Shown piece after piece: positions 1 through 9,424 of a stretch of 64,000 bases of DNA. Origin of the DNA: Clostridium sp. CAG:964 (GTDB lineage: Bacteria; Bacillota; Clostridia; Oscillospirales; Acutalibacteraceae); assembly GCA_000435335.1 (NCBI GenBank), contig FR891307.1, positions 1,300 to 65,299 on the forward strand. The letters are read 5' to 3'. The notes under the pieces were generated by a model, which made no database searches, was not told the DNA's origin, and was given only the letters and a program-made list of their open reading frames with translations. How positions within the stretch are numbered: position 1 is the first letter of the stretch; every line of letters begins with the position of its first letter. Both the position numbers and the translations under genes were made by a program.

Positions 1-1285
1 CTTTGCCGCAAAATTTATATACACCTTTGTGCTTATTGTAATGAACGACCCTATAATGGCGGCAATAGCACTAATGTCTGCACCGGTATCTGCCCTGCTT
101 TCAAGATTTATGATACGAAAAATGCATAACCACAGCCTAAAGGTAAAGGAGCTAAGTGCGGATATTATGTCCTACCAGGAGGACTCCTTTCAAAATCTGC
201 AATATATTAAGTCCTTTGGAATATCCGATGTTATTAGCAAGCGGCTAATAAAAAAGCAGCAGGAATACAAGGAAGAAAGCCTTAACTACAACAAGGTTAC
301 CGTATTAATGAATATAATTATGGGGCTTGTAGGCATAACAGTAACCTTTGTTTCATATGCCTGGGGCATATACAGGCTGTGGGAGGGCTTTATAACATAT
401 GGCACTATGGTTATGTTTCTGCAGCTTACCCTTACCCTTTCCAACTCTTTTAACTCAATTTTAAGCGTTATACCCACAACAATTAATTTAGGCACCTCGG
501 CGGCAAGAATTATTTCACTGGAAAATCTGCCTGAGGAAAAATCAACTCCTACAGCGGAGGAAAAGAAATTTATAAACAGCAATTTTAAAAACGGCGTTTC
601 AATTAACTGCAGCAGTCTTAGCTTTAGCTACAGCGACAAGCCAAGCGAAAGAGTGCTTAAAAACGCAGGCTTTTCAGCCGGCATAGGTGAAACAATAGCA
701 ATCATCGGCGGCTCCGGCATTGGCAAAACAACATTTTTCAGGCTTTTGCTGGGACTTTTAGAGCCTACCGAGGGTGAAATAACATTTAAAGGCAATAATA
801 ATGAAACGATTAAAGCCGGCCCAAGCACCCGTGAATTAATAGCCTATGTACCCCAAGGCAACACCATAATAAGCGGCACAGTGGCAGAAAACCTTCGCCT
901 TATAAAAAAGGACGCAACCGACGAGGAGATTATAACTGCGTTGAAGCTCTCATGTGCCTATGACTTTGTAAGCAAGCTGCCACAGGGAATAAACTCGCAA
1001 ATAGGCGAAAGCGGAAATGGCTTTTCTGAGGGACAAATACAGCGTATTGCAATTGCCCGTGCCCTTATAAAGGACGCCCCTGTTCTGCTGTTTGACGAGG
1101 TTACATCTGCACTGGACGAAGAAACAGAAGACCGCCTGCTGCATAACATTCAAACCCACTTCAAAAACAAAACAATAATTTTTGTAACCCACAAGCTAAA
1201 CGCCCTTGATATTTCAGACAAGGTATATAAAATTGACAAAAAGCAACTGCAAAGGGTGAACTACAGTATGGTAGAAAACAAATAA
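1..1285 (+). CDS. ABC transporter permease/ATP-binding protein, C-terminal ~425 aa; the gene starts upstream of the window
   Basis: The reading frame is open to base 2. TM-rich N-terminal part, then an ABC ATPase domain with Walker A GGSGIGKTT, signature LSEGQIQRIAIARAL and Walker B LLLFDEVTSALD. Confidence 0.8.
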   Translation, partial: FAAKFIYTFVLIVMNDPIMAAIALMSAPVSALLSRFMIRKMHNHSLKVKELSADIMSYQEDSFQNLQYIKSFGISDVISKRLIKKQQEYKEESLNYNKVTVLMNIIMGLVGITVTFVSYAWGIYRLWEGFITYGTMVMFLQLTLTLSNSFNSILSVIPTTINLGTSAARIISLENLPEEKSTPTAEEKKFINSNFKNGVSINCSSLSFSYSDKPSERVLKNAGFSAGIGETIAIIGGSGIGKTTFFRLLLGLLEPTEGEITFKGNNNETIKAGPSTRELIAYVPQGNTIISGTVAENLRLIKKDATDEEIITALKLSCAYDFVSKLPQGINSQIGESGNGFSEGQIQRIAIARALIKDAPVLLFDEVTSALDEETEDRLLHNIQTHFKNKTIIFVTHKLNALDISDKVYKIDKKQLQRVNYSMVENK

Positions 1286-1346
1286 ACGGTTAAAGCATAA
1301 AAACACCCCCGAAACAAGCACATAAAACATATGATATATAAGCTGT

Positions 1347-1383
1347 GGGCTGTACTCAGAAAATCGAGTACAGCCCATTTTTA
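1347..1383 (+). terminator. Rho-independent terminator after the ABC transporter gene
   Basis: GC-rich inverted repeat gggctgtactc/gagtacagccc followed by ATTTTT. Confidence 0.6.
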
Positions 1384-1417
1384 CACAGCTATATAATATT
1401 TTGCGATAAGTGGAAAA

Positions 1418-2656
1418 TTATTTTTGCTTGTAGTCAGCAAAGAACTCTGCCAGCTGGCTTGTTGCCCTTTCCAAATTCTCAACACTTGGAAGATAAACAA
1501 TTCTAAAGTGGTCAGGCTGTTCCCAATGGAATCCGCCGCCGTGCGTAAGCAAAATATGCTTTTCTCTCAGAATATCCAATACCATTTTTTCATCATCTGT
1601 TACATTAAACCTCTTAACATCTATCTTAGGGAAAATGTAGAAAGCCGCCTCCGGCTTTGTTGATGACAGTCCCGGTATATCGTTTATAGCCTTATAAATA
1701 AAATCTCTCTGCTGACGAACTCGTCCGCCTGAAAGCAGTAATTTTTCGGTTTCTTCTGTATGGTTAAGTGACAGCTCGATAATAGACTGTGCCGGAACAT
1801 TTGAGCAGAGCCTCATTGAAGAAAGCAAATTCAATCCCTCTATATAGCCCTCGCAGCCCTTTTTATTGCCGCACAGGCACATCCAGCCACAGCGGTAGCC
1901 GGCTATAAGGTGGGACTTTGACAGTCCGTTAAAGCTGATAACCATTAAATCAGGTGCCAAGGACGCAAGAGCAGTATGCTTTTTACCGTCAAGCACAAGC
2001 CTGTCGTAAATTTCATCTGCAAAAATAATTAAGTTAAACTCTCTTGCAAGATCAACGATTTTTTGAAGTATTTCTACAGGGTACAGCGCACCCGTAGGAT
2101 TGTTAGGATTTATAACAACAATGCCCTTTGTTTTGCTTGTAATTTTGCTTCTCATATCGTCAATATCAGGGTACCAGTTAGAGCCTTCGTCACAAATATA
2201 ATGCACAGCCTTACCCCCTGCCAGTGTTACAGAGGCAGTCCACAGCGGATAATCGGGTGCAGGCACAAGCATTTCGTCACCGTTGTTAAGCAAGCCCTGC
2301 ATAGACAATGTAATAAGCTCGCTTACGCCGTTGCCTGTGTAAACATCATTTTCAGTTACACCCTCAACACCCTTGCTTTTGTAATACTCTACAATAGCGT
2401 GTCTGGCTGCAAATATACCCTTAGAGTCGGAATAGCCCTCTGTATGAACAAGGCTTTCCGACATTTTGTCAACCAACGCCTGCGGTGCTCTAAAATCGAA
2501 CACGGCAGGGTTGCCGATATTCAGCTTTAATATTTCCGTACCCTGAGCTATCATTCTGTTAGCCTCGTCCATAACAGGCCCACGAATATCATAACAAACA
2601 TTATCAAGCTTGTGGGATTTTTCAAACCTTCTCATAAAAACACCTTTTACATTCAA
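1418..2656 (-). CDS. PLP-dependent class I/II aminotransferase (AlaA/AspC-like)
   Basis: 412 aa. SFNGLSKSHLIAGYRCGW-type PLP-lysine region. Overall similarity to alanine/aspartate aminotransferases. Confidence 0.8.
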   Translation of the reverse strand: MNVKGVFMRRFEKSHKLDNVCYDIRGPVMDEANRMIAQGTEILKLNIGNPAVFDFRAPQALVDKMSESLVHTEGYSDSKGIFAARHAIVEYYKSKGVEGVTENDVYTGNGVSELITLSMQGLLNNGDEMLVPAPDYPLWTASVTLAGGKAVHYICDEGSNWYPDIDDMRSKITSKTKGIVVINPNNPTGALYPVEILQKIVDLAREFNLIIFADEIYDRLVLDGKKHTALASLAPDLMVISFNGLSKSHLIAGYRCGWMCLCGNKKGCEGYIEGLNLLSSMRLCSNVPAQSIIELSLNHTEETEKLLLSGGRVRQQRDFIYKAINDIPGLSSTKPEAAFYIFPKIDVKRFNVTDDEKMVLDILREKHILLTHGGGFHWEQPDHFRIVYLPSVENLERATSQLAEFFADYKQK

Positions 2657-2794
2657 TTTATACAGCCTGTATTTTATTTAATAAGCTGTATTTAACATAA
2701 AACCTTAAACTCAAAACTAAACATACATATAAACACACCTAATATGTACAACCTATCGCCTTCGGTATTTGTCCGGCAACAACGCCGCTCACAG

Positions 2795-3040
2795 CTAAAT
2801 AACGCCGTTGCCAAGCAATACTAAAAATACCACAAAAAGCAGTAAAAGCCCTAAAATTACAGAGCCAACGGTTATAAGCACCACCGGGTAGATTTTGCTG
2901 CGGCTTTTTGCACGCACCTTAAAAATTATACCTAAAATTAATAAAAGAGCTCCTGCAATAAACAAAAGCACCATCAATGCCAGTATTACAAGTGCAGCTG
3001 CACCAAACACAAGCATCATTGAGAAAAATGCCACCGCCAT
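2795..3040 (-). CDS. Small hydrophobic membrane protein (two predicted TM helices)
   Basis: 81-aa ORF, almost entirely hydrophobic with a central KVRAKSRSK loop. No recognisable family. Confidence 0.3.
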   Translation of the reverse strand: MAVAFFSMMLVFGAAALVILALMVLLFIAGALLLILGIIFKVRAKSRSKIYPVVLITVGSVILGLLLLFVVFLVLLGNGVI

Positions 3041-3137
3041 ACCTCCTGTTTATTAAATATGGTAATTGCGGACAGACCACAATTACCATATTAGCTAAAC
3101 TAACTTTATCTAGCCGGCAAAATTAATAAAATTAAAA

Positions 3138-4163
3138 TTATTTAATTTCGCAAATCCAGCCTTCCGGTGCTTCAATTTTGCACATTTGAATACCTGTAAG
3201 CGTGTCATACAGCTTCTTTGTAATAGGTCCCATTTTTTCCATACCGCTTGGGAAGCAAATATCCTTACCGTGGTCAACAATCTTGCCAACAGGTGTAACT
3301 ACGGCAGCTGTACCGCACAGGCAGCATTCCGCAAAATCCTTTAGCTCATCAAGATATACCTCTCTTTGCTCAACCTCAAGTCCCAAATAATCCTTGGCAA
3401 CTGTCATAAGTGAGCGTCTTGTAATTGAAGGAAGTATACTGTCTGACTTAGGTGTAACAACCTTATTATCCTTTGTAATGAAAATAAAGTTAGCACCGCC
3501 TGTTTCCTCAACCTTTGTTCTTGTTGCAGGGTCAAGGTACAGATTTTCGTCGTAGCCCTCTGCGTGTGCCGTAACAATAGCATGCAGGCTCATAGCATAG
3601 TTCAAGCCGGCCTTAACATGTCCTGTGCCGTGCGGTGCGGCTCTGTCAAAGTCGCTTACCTTAATTGTAATAGGCTTAGCGTCGCCCTTGAAATAAGGCC
3701 CTACCGGTGTAGAGAATATTCTAAACTGATACTCCGAAGCCGGCTTTACGCCTATTACAGGGTTAATGCCAAACATATAAGGTCTTATGTAAAGTGTTGC
3801 ACCTGAACCAAACGGAGGTACATATGCCTCGTTAGCCTTTACAACTGCCTTTACGCCCTCAACAAACTGTTCAACGCTCAGCTGTGGCATTTCAAGTCTT
3901 TTGCAGGTATCAGACATACGCTGTGCGTTTAGGTCAGGACGGAAGCAGACAATTTTGCCATCCTCTGTTGTATAGGCCTTTAGTCCCTCGAAGCAGGTTT
4001 GTGCATACTGCAATACACAGGCACATTCGCTCATTGTAATCATATCATCGTCAATAAGTGCACCGTTGTCCCACTTACCGTCTTTAAAATTAGCTACATA
4101 TCTTTTGTCGGTTTTTCTGTAACCGAAGCCGATATTTGCCCAATCAAGATTTTTCTTTTCCAT
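3138..4163 (-). CDS. ilvE: Branched-chain amino acid aminotransferase
   Basis: 341 aa. Fold type IV aminotransferase features and typical IlvE length and sequence. Confidence 0.85.
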   Translation of the reverse strand: MEKKNLDWANIGFGYRKTDKRYVANFKDGKWDNGALIDDDMITMSECACVLQYAQTCFEGLKAYTTEDGKIVCFRPDLNAQRMSDTCKRLEMPQLSVEQFVEGVKAVVKANEAYVPPFGSGATLYIRPYMFGINPVIGVKPASEYQFRIFSTPVGPYFKGDAKPITIKVSDFDRAAPHGTGHVKAGLNYAMSLHAIVTAHAEGYDENLYLDPATRTKVEETGGANFIFITKDNKVVTPKSDSILPSITRRSLMTVAKDYLGLEVEQREVYLDELKDFAECCLCGTAAVVTPVGKIVDHGKDICFPSGMEKMGPITKKLYDTLTGIQMCKIEAPEGWICEIK

Positions 4164-4186
4164 ATATTATTCTCCTTTTAACAGCC

Positions 4187-4714
4187 TTAGTATAAGTCAG
4201 GCTTTTCAATAATTTCATTTATTTTAGTTTCAAGCACCGACGACGAATACGCCGGAGTAATAATGCAGACAGTGTCCGCACCCCTTCCGCTGCCGCCAAT
4301 GCATACTACAGGCTCGCCGTACCGAAGCAGTCCTGCGTCATTTGCCATGAGAGATATTTCAACACAGACCTTCACGCCCTGCCCAAGCATACGCAAAGCG
4401 TCTGCAATTATCTGTGCCGGATATACTCCGGAATATTTCTTTGAAATTCCACGCTCACAGCCGCTTAATGCATGACCTGCCGTTACAACATATGCTCCGT
4501 TTTTACATAGGTAGTCATAGGTCTCAGCAGACATTTTATTTTCGCCCGCCTGAGGTGAGCCAAAAGCGTTACGCACTACCACCAATCTGCCGGTATAATT
4601 AATTTCACTTATAATATTAAGCGCAGACCTTGCAGTGTTGCCTGTAGTAGAAGCAAGACAAATATCAAGGTTACGCTCCTTAGCTAAGGAAATTGCTTTT
4701 TGTAAAATACCCAT
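4187..4714 (-). CDS. Small protein resembling the pyruvate-kinase C-terminal alpha/beta domain (uncharacterised)
   Basis: 175 aa, Gly/Ala-rich alpha/beta pattern. My recollection of the PK_C-like family is weak, so this is a low-confidence call. Confidence 0.3.
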   Translation of the reverse strand: MGILQKAISLAKERNLDICLASTTGNTARSALNIISEINYTGRLVVVRNAFGSPQAGENKMSAETYDYLCKNGAYVVTAGHALSGCERGISKKYSGVYPAQIIADALRMLGQGVKVCVEISLMANDAGLLRYGEPVVCIGGSGRGADTVCIITPAYSSSVLETKINEIIEKPDLY

Positions 4715-5003
4715 ATATCCACAACCTTAGATTTCTTGAAAAAATTTTACGGTACTAAACTACTCTCTGAATTTTTTCACTTTTGCAATTTAAGGCAGTA
4801 AAGTGCAGTGGCAGACACCACCACAAGCTAAACCTGCTATACTTGCTTATTATACACTTTTTCTCTAAAAAAAGCTAGATATTTTGAATAACTTTTTTAG
4901 GAAAAATGAATTTTTTTCTATTCGTTAATTCAATTTTCAACCACAGCACAACTGCACGCTTATATATTTATGCAGTTGTACTGTAGAATTACAAAAATCT
5001 TTA

Positions 5004-7628
5004 TTATAAAGCCCCAACTATTGCTACTGTCTGAGAAAGAGCACTGTCAATTTTGCTTAAATCCTTTGCACCTGCCATTGCAATATCCGGCTTGCCGCCG
5101 CCGTTGCCGCCCGCAAGCTGTGCAACAGCCTTAACAATTTTGCCTGCCATTGCACCGTTTTTGCGTGCCTGTTCACCGCAGGCACAAGCAATGGTAGCCT
5201 TGCCGTCTGAAATTCCGGCAACAACAAACACTGCATTTGGCTCTCTGTCAATAATACTTGAACAAATATTACGCATTACATCTGCGTCTGCACCGGCAAG
5301 CTTTGTTGTCATTACCTTAAACTCGCCCACCTGAACAGGGTTAGCCATTACACTGTCAATCTCGCTTGCCGCAAGCTTATTTTTAAGTGCTGTAATTTCA
5401 GCGTCCTTTTCCTTTAATTGCTTCGCAATATGCTTTGCACCCTGCAAAATTTCATAAGGGTTATTTATCTTTAGTGTCTCGGCAACAGCAGCACAGGTGA
5501 ACAGCATTGTGTTATACTCCTTAATTGCGTTTGTACCTGTTACAGCTTCTATTCTTCTTACGCCGGAAGCAACAGATGACTCAGACAATATTTTAATAAC
5601 GCCTATTTGACCTGTGTTAGACACATGCGTACCGCCGCAAAGCTCTGTAGAGAAATCTCCTGCCTTTACAACACGAACAACATCGCCGTACTTTTCACCA
5701 AAGAGTGCCATTGCACCCATTTTCTTTGCCTCGTCAATAGGCATTTCCATTGTTTCTACAGGCATTGCCCTTAGAACCTCTTTGTTGCAAAGCTGCTCTA
5801 CATCTCCAAGCTCCTTTGCCGACAGAGGAGAAAAATGAGTAAAGTCAAATCTTACTCTGTTTTCATTAACAAGCTGACCGGCCTGCTCGCAGTGATTGCC
5901 AAGCACCTTACGCAAAGCCGCCTGAATAATATGTGCGGCTGTATGGTTACGCATTACCTTTTCACGATACTCCTTGTCAACCGTTAATTCAAGTGTATCG
6001 CCAACGCTTAACGCACCCTCAGTAATTTCTGCCGAATGAACAAAACAGCCTGTCTGATCCTTTGAGGTGTTGTAAACCTCCAGCCTTGCCGATACAGAAT
6101 CCGCATTACCTACATCGCCAACCTGTCCGCCGCTTTCTGCATAGAAAGGAGTAGTGTCAAGCACAACGGCAACCTTGTCGCCTGCGGCGGCACTTTCAAC
6201 ACGCTTGCCGTTTTTAATAATTGTCAAAACCTTACCGCTATCCTTAAGGGTTGTGTAGCCTGTAAAGTTTGTTTTAGGCAAGTCTGTCAGGTCTACATTG
6301 TCACTTAGCCAAGCGTCGGCACCGGCATTTTTACGAGCATTTCTTGCACGCCTCTTTTGCTCTGCAAGTAATGAATGGTATCTTCTTTCATTTACTCCAA
6401 TGCCCTTTTCGGCAAGAATTTCCTTAGTTAAATCTATTGGGAAGCCGTAGGTATCGTTCAGCTTAAATGCGTCCTCGCCGGAAAGCTCCTTAATATCCTG
6501 CTTGCTTACAATATCATCAAGCAGCGTCATACCTAAATCAATAGTTCTGCTGAAGGCCTCCTCCTCTGTCTTTATCATTTTAATAATAAGGTCATGCTTT
6601 TCAGCAAGCTCAGGGTAGGCACCCTTGCTGCAGTTAATAACCTCTTCTGCAACCTTATAAAGGAAAGGCTTGTTATAGCCCAGCAGTCTGCCGTGTCTTG
6701 CGGCTCTTCTAAGCAATCTTCTAAGAACATAGCCCTTACCCTCGTTAGACGGCATTACACCGTCACTAATCATAAAAGTTGTACTGCGTATATGGTCTGT
6801 AATTACACGCAGCGACACATCGCTCTTTTCGCTGTCACCGTAATTAACACCCACAATTTCAACAATCTTATCCATAATGCCCTTTACGGTATCAACCAAG
6901 AACAGGTTGTCAACACCCTGCATTACGCAAGCCAAACGCTCAAGTCCCATACCTGTATCAATGTTAGGGTGGTCAAGAGGTGTGTAGTTGCCGTTGCCGT
7001 CATTTTCAAACTGTGTAAATACAAGATTCCAAACCTCTACATAGCGGTCACATTCACAGCCTACCTTACAGTCAGGCTTGCCGCAACCCTTTTCAGGTCC
7101 TCTGTCAAAATATATTTCGGAGCAGGGACCGCAAGGGCCTGAACCATGCTCCCAGAAGTTATCCTCTTTGCCCAGGTGTACCATATGGGACGGAGCTACG
7201 CCTATTTCCTCTGTCCAGATTTTATATGCCTCCTCGTCCTCCTCATAAACCGAAATATAAAGCTTTTCAGCCGGAATCTCCAGCACCTTAGTAAAAAATT
7301 CCCACGCCCAAGCTGTAGCCTCATGCTTGAAGTAATCGCCGAAAGAGAAGTTGCCCAGCATTTCAAAGAAGGTACCGTGACGGGCTGTAATGCCTACACG
7401 CTCAATATCCGGTGTACGAATACACTTTTGACATGTTGTTACACGCTTTCTTGGCGGTGTAACCTCACCTGTAAAATATTTTTTCATTGGTGCCATACCT
7501 GAATTAATCAGCAACAAGCTGTTGTCGCCGTCAGGTACAAGCGAGAAGCTTGGAAGTCTTAAATGTCCCTTGCTTTCAAAAAAAGAAAGATATTTCTCTC
7601 TAAGCTCGTTTAATCCTGTCCACTGCAT
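5004..7628 (-). CDS. alaS: Alanine--tRNA ligase
   Basis: 874 aa. Class II aaRS core, editing-domain HxxxH motifs and a C-terminal DHHA1-like domain. Confidence 0.95.
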   Translation of the reverse strand: MQWTGLNELREKYLSFFESKGHLRLPSFSLVPDGDNSLLLINSGMAPMKKYFTGEVTPPRKRVTTCQKCIRTPDIERVGITARHGTFFEMLGNFSFGDYFKHEATAWAWEFFTKVLEIPAEKLYISVYEEDEEAYKIWTEEIGVAPSHMVHLGKEDNFWEHGSGPCGPCSEIYFDRGPEKGCGKPDCKVGCECDRYVEVWNLVFTQFENDGNGNYTPLDHPNIDTGMGLERLACVMQGVDNLFLVDTVKGIMDKIVEIVGVNYGDSEKSDVSLRVITDHIRSTTFMISDGVMPSNEGKGYVLRRLLRRAARHGRLLGYNKPFLYKVAEEVINCSKGAYPELAEKHDLIIKMIKTEEEAFSRTIDLGMTLLDDIVSKQDIKELSGEDAFKLNDTYGFPIDLTKEILAEKGIGVNERRYHSLLAEQKRRARNARKNAGADAWLSDNVDLTDLPKTNFTGYTTLKDSGKVLTIIKNGKRVESAAAGDKVAVVLDTTPFYAESGGQVGDVGNADSVSARLEVYNTSKDQTGCFVHSAEITEGALSVGDTLELTVDKEYREKVMRNHTAAHIIQAALRKVLGNHCEQAGQLVNENRVRFDFTHFSPLSAKELGDVEQLCNKEVLRAMPVETMEMPIDEAKKMGAMALFGEKYGDVVRVVKAGDFSTELCGGTHVSNTGQIGVIKILSESSVASGVRRIEAVTGTNAIKEYNTMLFTCAAVAETLKINNPYEILQGAKHIAKQLKEKDAEITALKNKLAASEIDSVMANPVQVGEFKVMTTKLAGADADVMRNICSSIIDREPNAVFVVAGISDGKATIACACGEQARKNGAMAGKIVKAVAQLAGGNGGGKPDIAMAGAKDLSKIDSALSQTVAIVGAL

Positions 7629-7682
7629 AATTCATTCTCCTTTTAAGTTTATAATTTCTTCTGCGGGGCGGTTACAATAACA

Positions 7683-7900
7683 AAAAGCACCCCTGCCCCA
7701 AACCTTGGGGCAGGGGTGCAAGCATTACTCCTGTGGTACCACCCAAATTGCACAACACAAATATGCCGTGCCACTTGATTAGTTGTTAACGCCAACATAC
7801 GCCGCTGTTCGTCACAGCGATAGCTACAGGGTGGCCTCGGCAGCCTAAACATAACACCTCTCAGCAATGGTGTATTCTCTGGAATGTTCTAAACAGCCGT
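7683..7900 (-). promoter_or_regulatory. T-box riboswitch leader of alaS
   Basis: On the minus strand the T-box sequence AATTTGGGTGGTACCACAGG (revcomp of 7731-7750) lies just upstream of an intrinsic terminator. The terminator is GCACCCCTGCCCCAAGGTTTGGGGCAGGGGTGC plus a T-run (revcomp of ~7685-7722). An AGAGA-containing stem-I region carries candidate GCU specifier codons. Confidence 0.7.
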
Positions 7901-8015
7901 TTGTCCTGTCAACGCCATTTATTATTTATATTACTTTTTAATTCTACTCTTAATTACAGAGGTTGTCAAGATTTTTATACACAATTCTTATGCCGTGCCG
8001 TAAACCGTCTTGCAG

Positions 8016-8708
8016 TTACTTAAAGCCTAAGGTCAACAGCAAACCTACAACACCGCCAATAAGCACTACGCCTAATATAACAGCAATGGCTACCGCCGCT
8101 TTTGCGCCGGCACCGTTGTTTACATTGCCGCCCTCTAAGCTCTCCAGCACCTCGTTAGGGTCATATCTTTTAGAATTGTTTTGGAAACCTCTGCCCTGCT
8201 CATAGCCGTTGGCAGCATTAGGATTAAATCCATAGTTCCTATTATAATTACCATCGCTTTGAGGGCTGTTTTGGTAATCGACATAATTATTTTGGTCGTT
8301 TACCTCATTTTGATTATAACCGTTTGGGCTGTTATCGGCAGTAGGACTATTATTCTGCCCCTGATTGTAGATACCCGAATTGTTTTGTTGATTTTCCTGA
8401 TTAGAGTTAAACTCGTTTTGTGGATTCATCTGATTTGGATTAAACCCGTTCTGCGGATTCATCTGGTTTGGGTTAAACCCGTTTTGTTGATTATAATCCA
8501 TATTGTTGTTTATTGGCGTATCATCATAATAATCAGGCTGTGGCTTACCAAAAGTAATATTATCCAAAGCCTCATTTACCATTTCATTATCATTCTTGTT
8601 TTTCTCTTTTTGGATTTTTCTTTTTTTCGATGGATTCATTTTTCCACCGCAATTACGGCAGAAATACGCCTCATCGTAATTTATATATCCACACCTCTTG
8701 CACTTCAT
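8016..8708 (-). CDS. Zinc-ribbon domain membrane protein with an N/Q-rich repeat region and a C-terminal TM helix
   Basis: N-terminal CxxC...CxxC (MKCKRCGYINYDEAYFCRNCGG). Tandem NGFNPNQMNPQ repeats. C-terminal hydrophobic AAVAIAVILGVVLIGGVVGLLLTLGF. Confidence 0.5.
   Translation of the reverse strand: MKCKRCGYINYDEAYFCRNCGGKMNPSKKRKIQKEKNKNDNEMVNEALDNITFGKPQPDYYDDTPINNNMDYNQQNGFNPNQMNPQNGFNPNQMNPQNEFNSNQENQQNNSGIYNQGQNNSPTADNSPNGYNQNEVNDQNNYVDYQNSPQSDGNYNRNYGFNPNAANGYEQGRGFQNNSKRYDPNEVLESLEGGNVNNGAGAKAAVAIAVILGVVLIGGVVGLLLTLGFK
8389..8487 (-). repeat. About 3 x 33-bp in-frame tandem repeat inside the zinc-ribbon protein gene
   Basis: Units ggattcatctgatttggattaaacccgttctgc and ggattcatctggtttgggttaaacccgttttgt, plus a degenerate third copy. 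Confidence 0.6.
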
Positions 8709-8803
8709 CTAAGATTACCTCCCGAAGCCTCATTAATACAGCAACATTTTACAGTAAAAGCGGCAAAAGGTCAACCGTTTTACGCAAAAACAAGCATACA
8801 TAA

Positions 8804-9172
8804 TTAATGCTCGGAGGATTGCTTTAGAAAAAACGCAATAGCTGAAATTGTTGCATTGTACGCCCGTGTTAAATCCGGCAGCTTAGCCTCTGCCAAGGCA
8901 TAGCGGTCATTTCTTAATTCCTCGGTAACAGCACTCGAGCACAAAGCAAGCTCAGTAAAGCCCAGGGTTTGGGCCAGCCCCTTTAGAGTATGAGCATAAA
9001 CAAAGGCCTGCTTGTAGTTTTTTTGAACGCACATAGCGTCCACAAGCCTCCTGTAGCTGTCGTCGTCAGGAAATTTTCTGACATATTTTACAATTCTGCT
9101 GTCCTTCACTAAGCGGTCTTTAACATCCTCATAGTTGCCGTCTATCATTTCATATAAGCTCCGTAAGTCCAT
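8804..9172 (-). CDS. Standalone histidine phosphotransfer (Hpt) domain protein
   Basis: 122 aa. The motif AHTLKGLAQTLGF matches the Hpt consensus around the phospho-accepting His. Confidence 0.55.
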   Translation of the reverse strand: MDLRSLYEMIDGNYEDVKDRLVKDSRIVKYVRKFPDDDSYRRLVDAMCVQKNYKQAFVYAHTLKGLAQTLGFTELALCSSAVTEELRNDRYALAEAKLPDLTRAYNATISAIAFFLKQSSEH

Positions 9173-9245
9173 AATTAACCTCTTTCATCACACAAAAGCC
9201 CCTAAAATACAATTGTTACTCAATATATACGGTCTTTGCAGCATA

Positions 9246-9290
9246 AAGCAATAAAAAACAGCTTCTGCTTTTCAAAAAGCAGAAGCTGCA
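9246..9290 (-). terminator. Terminator downstream of tRNA-Leu
   Basis: Inverted repeat cagcttctgcttttcaaaaagcagaagctg followed by a T-run on the minus strand. Confidence 0.6.
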
Positions 9291-9296
9291 TAAAAA

Positions 9297-9385
9297 TGGT
9301 GCCGGTGGCCGGACTCGAACCGGCACGGTATCGCTACCGGTGGATTTTGAGTCCACTACGTCTGCCAATTCCATCACACCGGCAC
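9297..9385 (-). tRNA. tRNA-Leu (anticodon CAA)
   Basis: The revcomp reads GCCGGTG...GTGGACTCAAAATCCAC...GGTTCGAGTCC...CACCGGCACCA. It has a long variable arm, a CTCAAAA anticodon loop, a T-loop GTTCGAGTCC and an encoded CCA. Confidence 0.9.
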
Positions 9386-9395
9386 AACACTGCGT

Positions 9396-9424
9396 ATTAT
9401 ACACCAACCTTACAAAAAAATCAA
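9396..9424 (-). promoter_or_regulatory. Sigma-A-type promoter for tRNA-Leu(CAA)
   Basis: Minus strand TTGATT-17 nt-TGTATAAT (extended -10), located ~10 nt upstream of the tRNA 5' end. Confidence 0.5.

Noticed and set aside
5053-7502. Multiple 60-180-aa plus-strand ORFs inside alaS (5053..5334, 5614..5838, 6594..7142, 7146..7502)
   Set aside because: All lie antisense within a well-supported 874-aa alaS ORF and are composition-driven shadow ORFs.
7649-7867. 72-aa ORF upstream of alaS
   Set aside because: It overlaps the T-box leader and its terminator. The RNA-element explanation is far stronger.
8181-8807. 208-aa plus-strand ORF rich in Ile/Leu/Val
   Set aside because: Antisense shadow of the N/Q-repeat gene on the minus strand. 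Its low-complexity hydrophobic translation is a by-product of the repeat.
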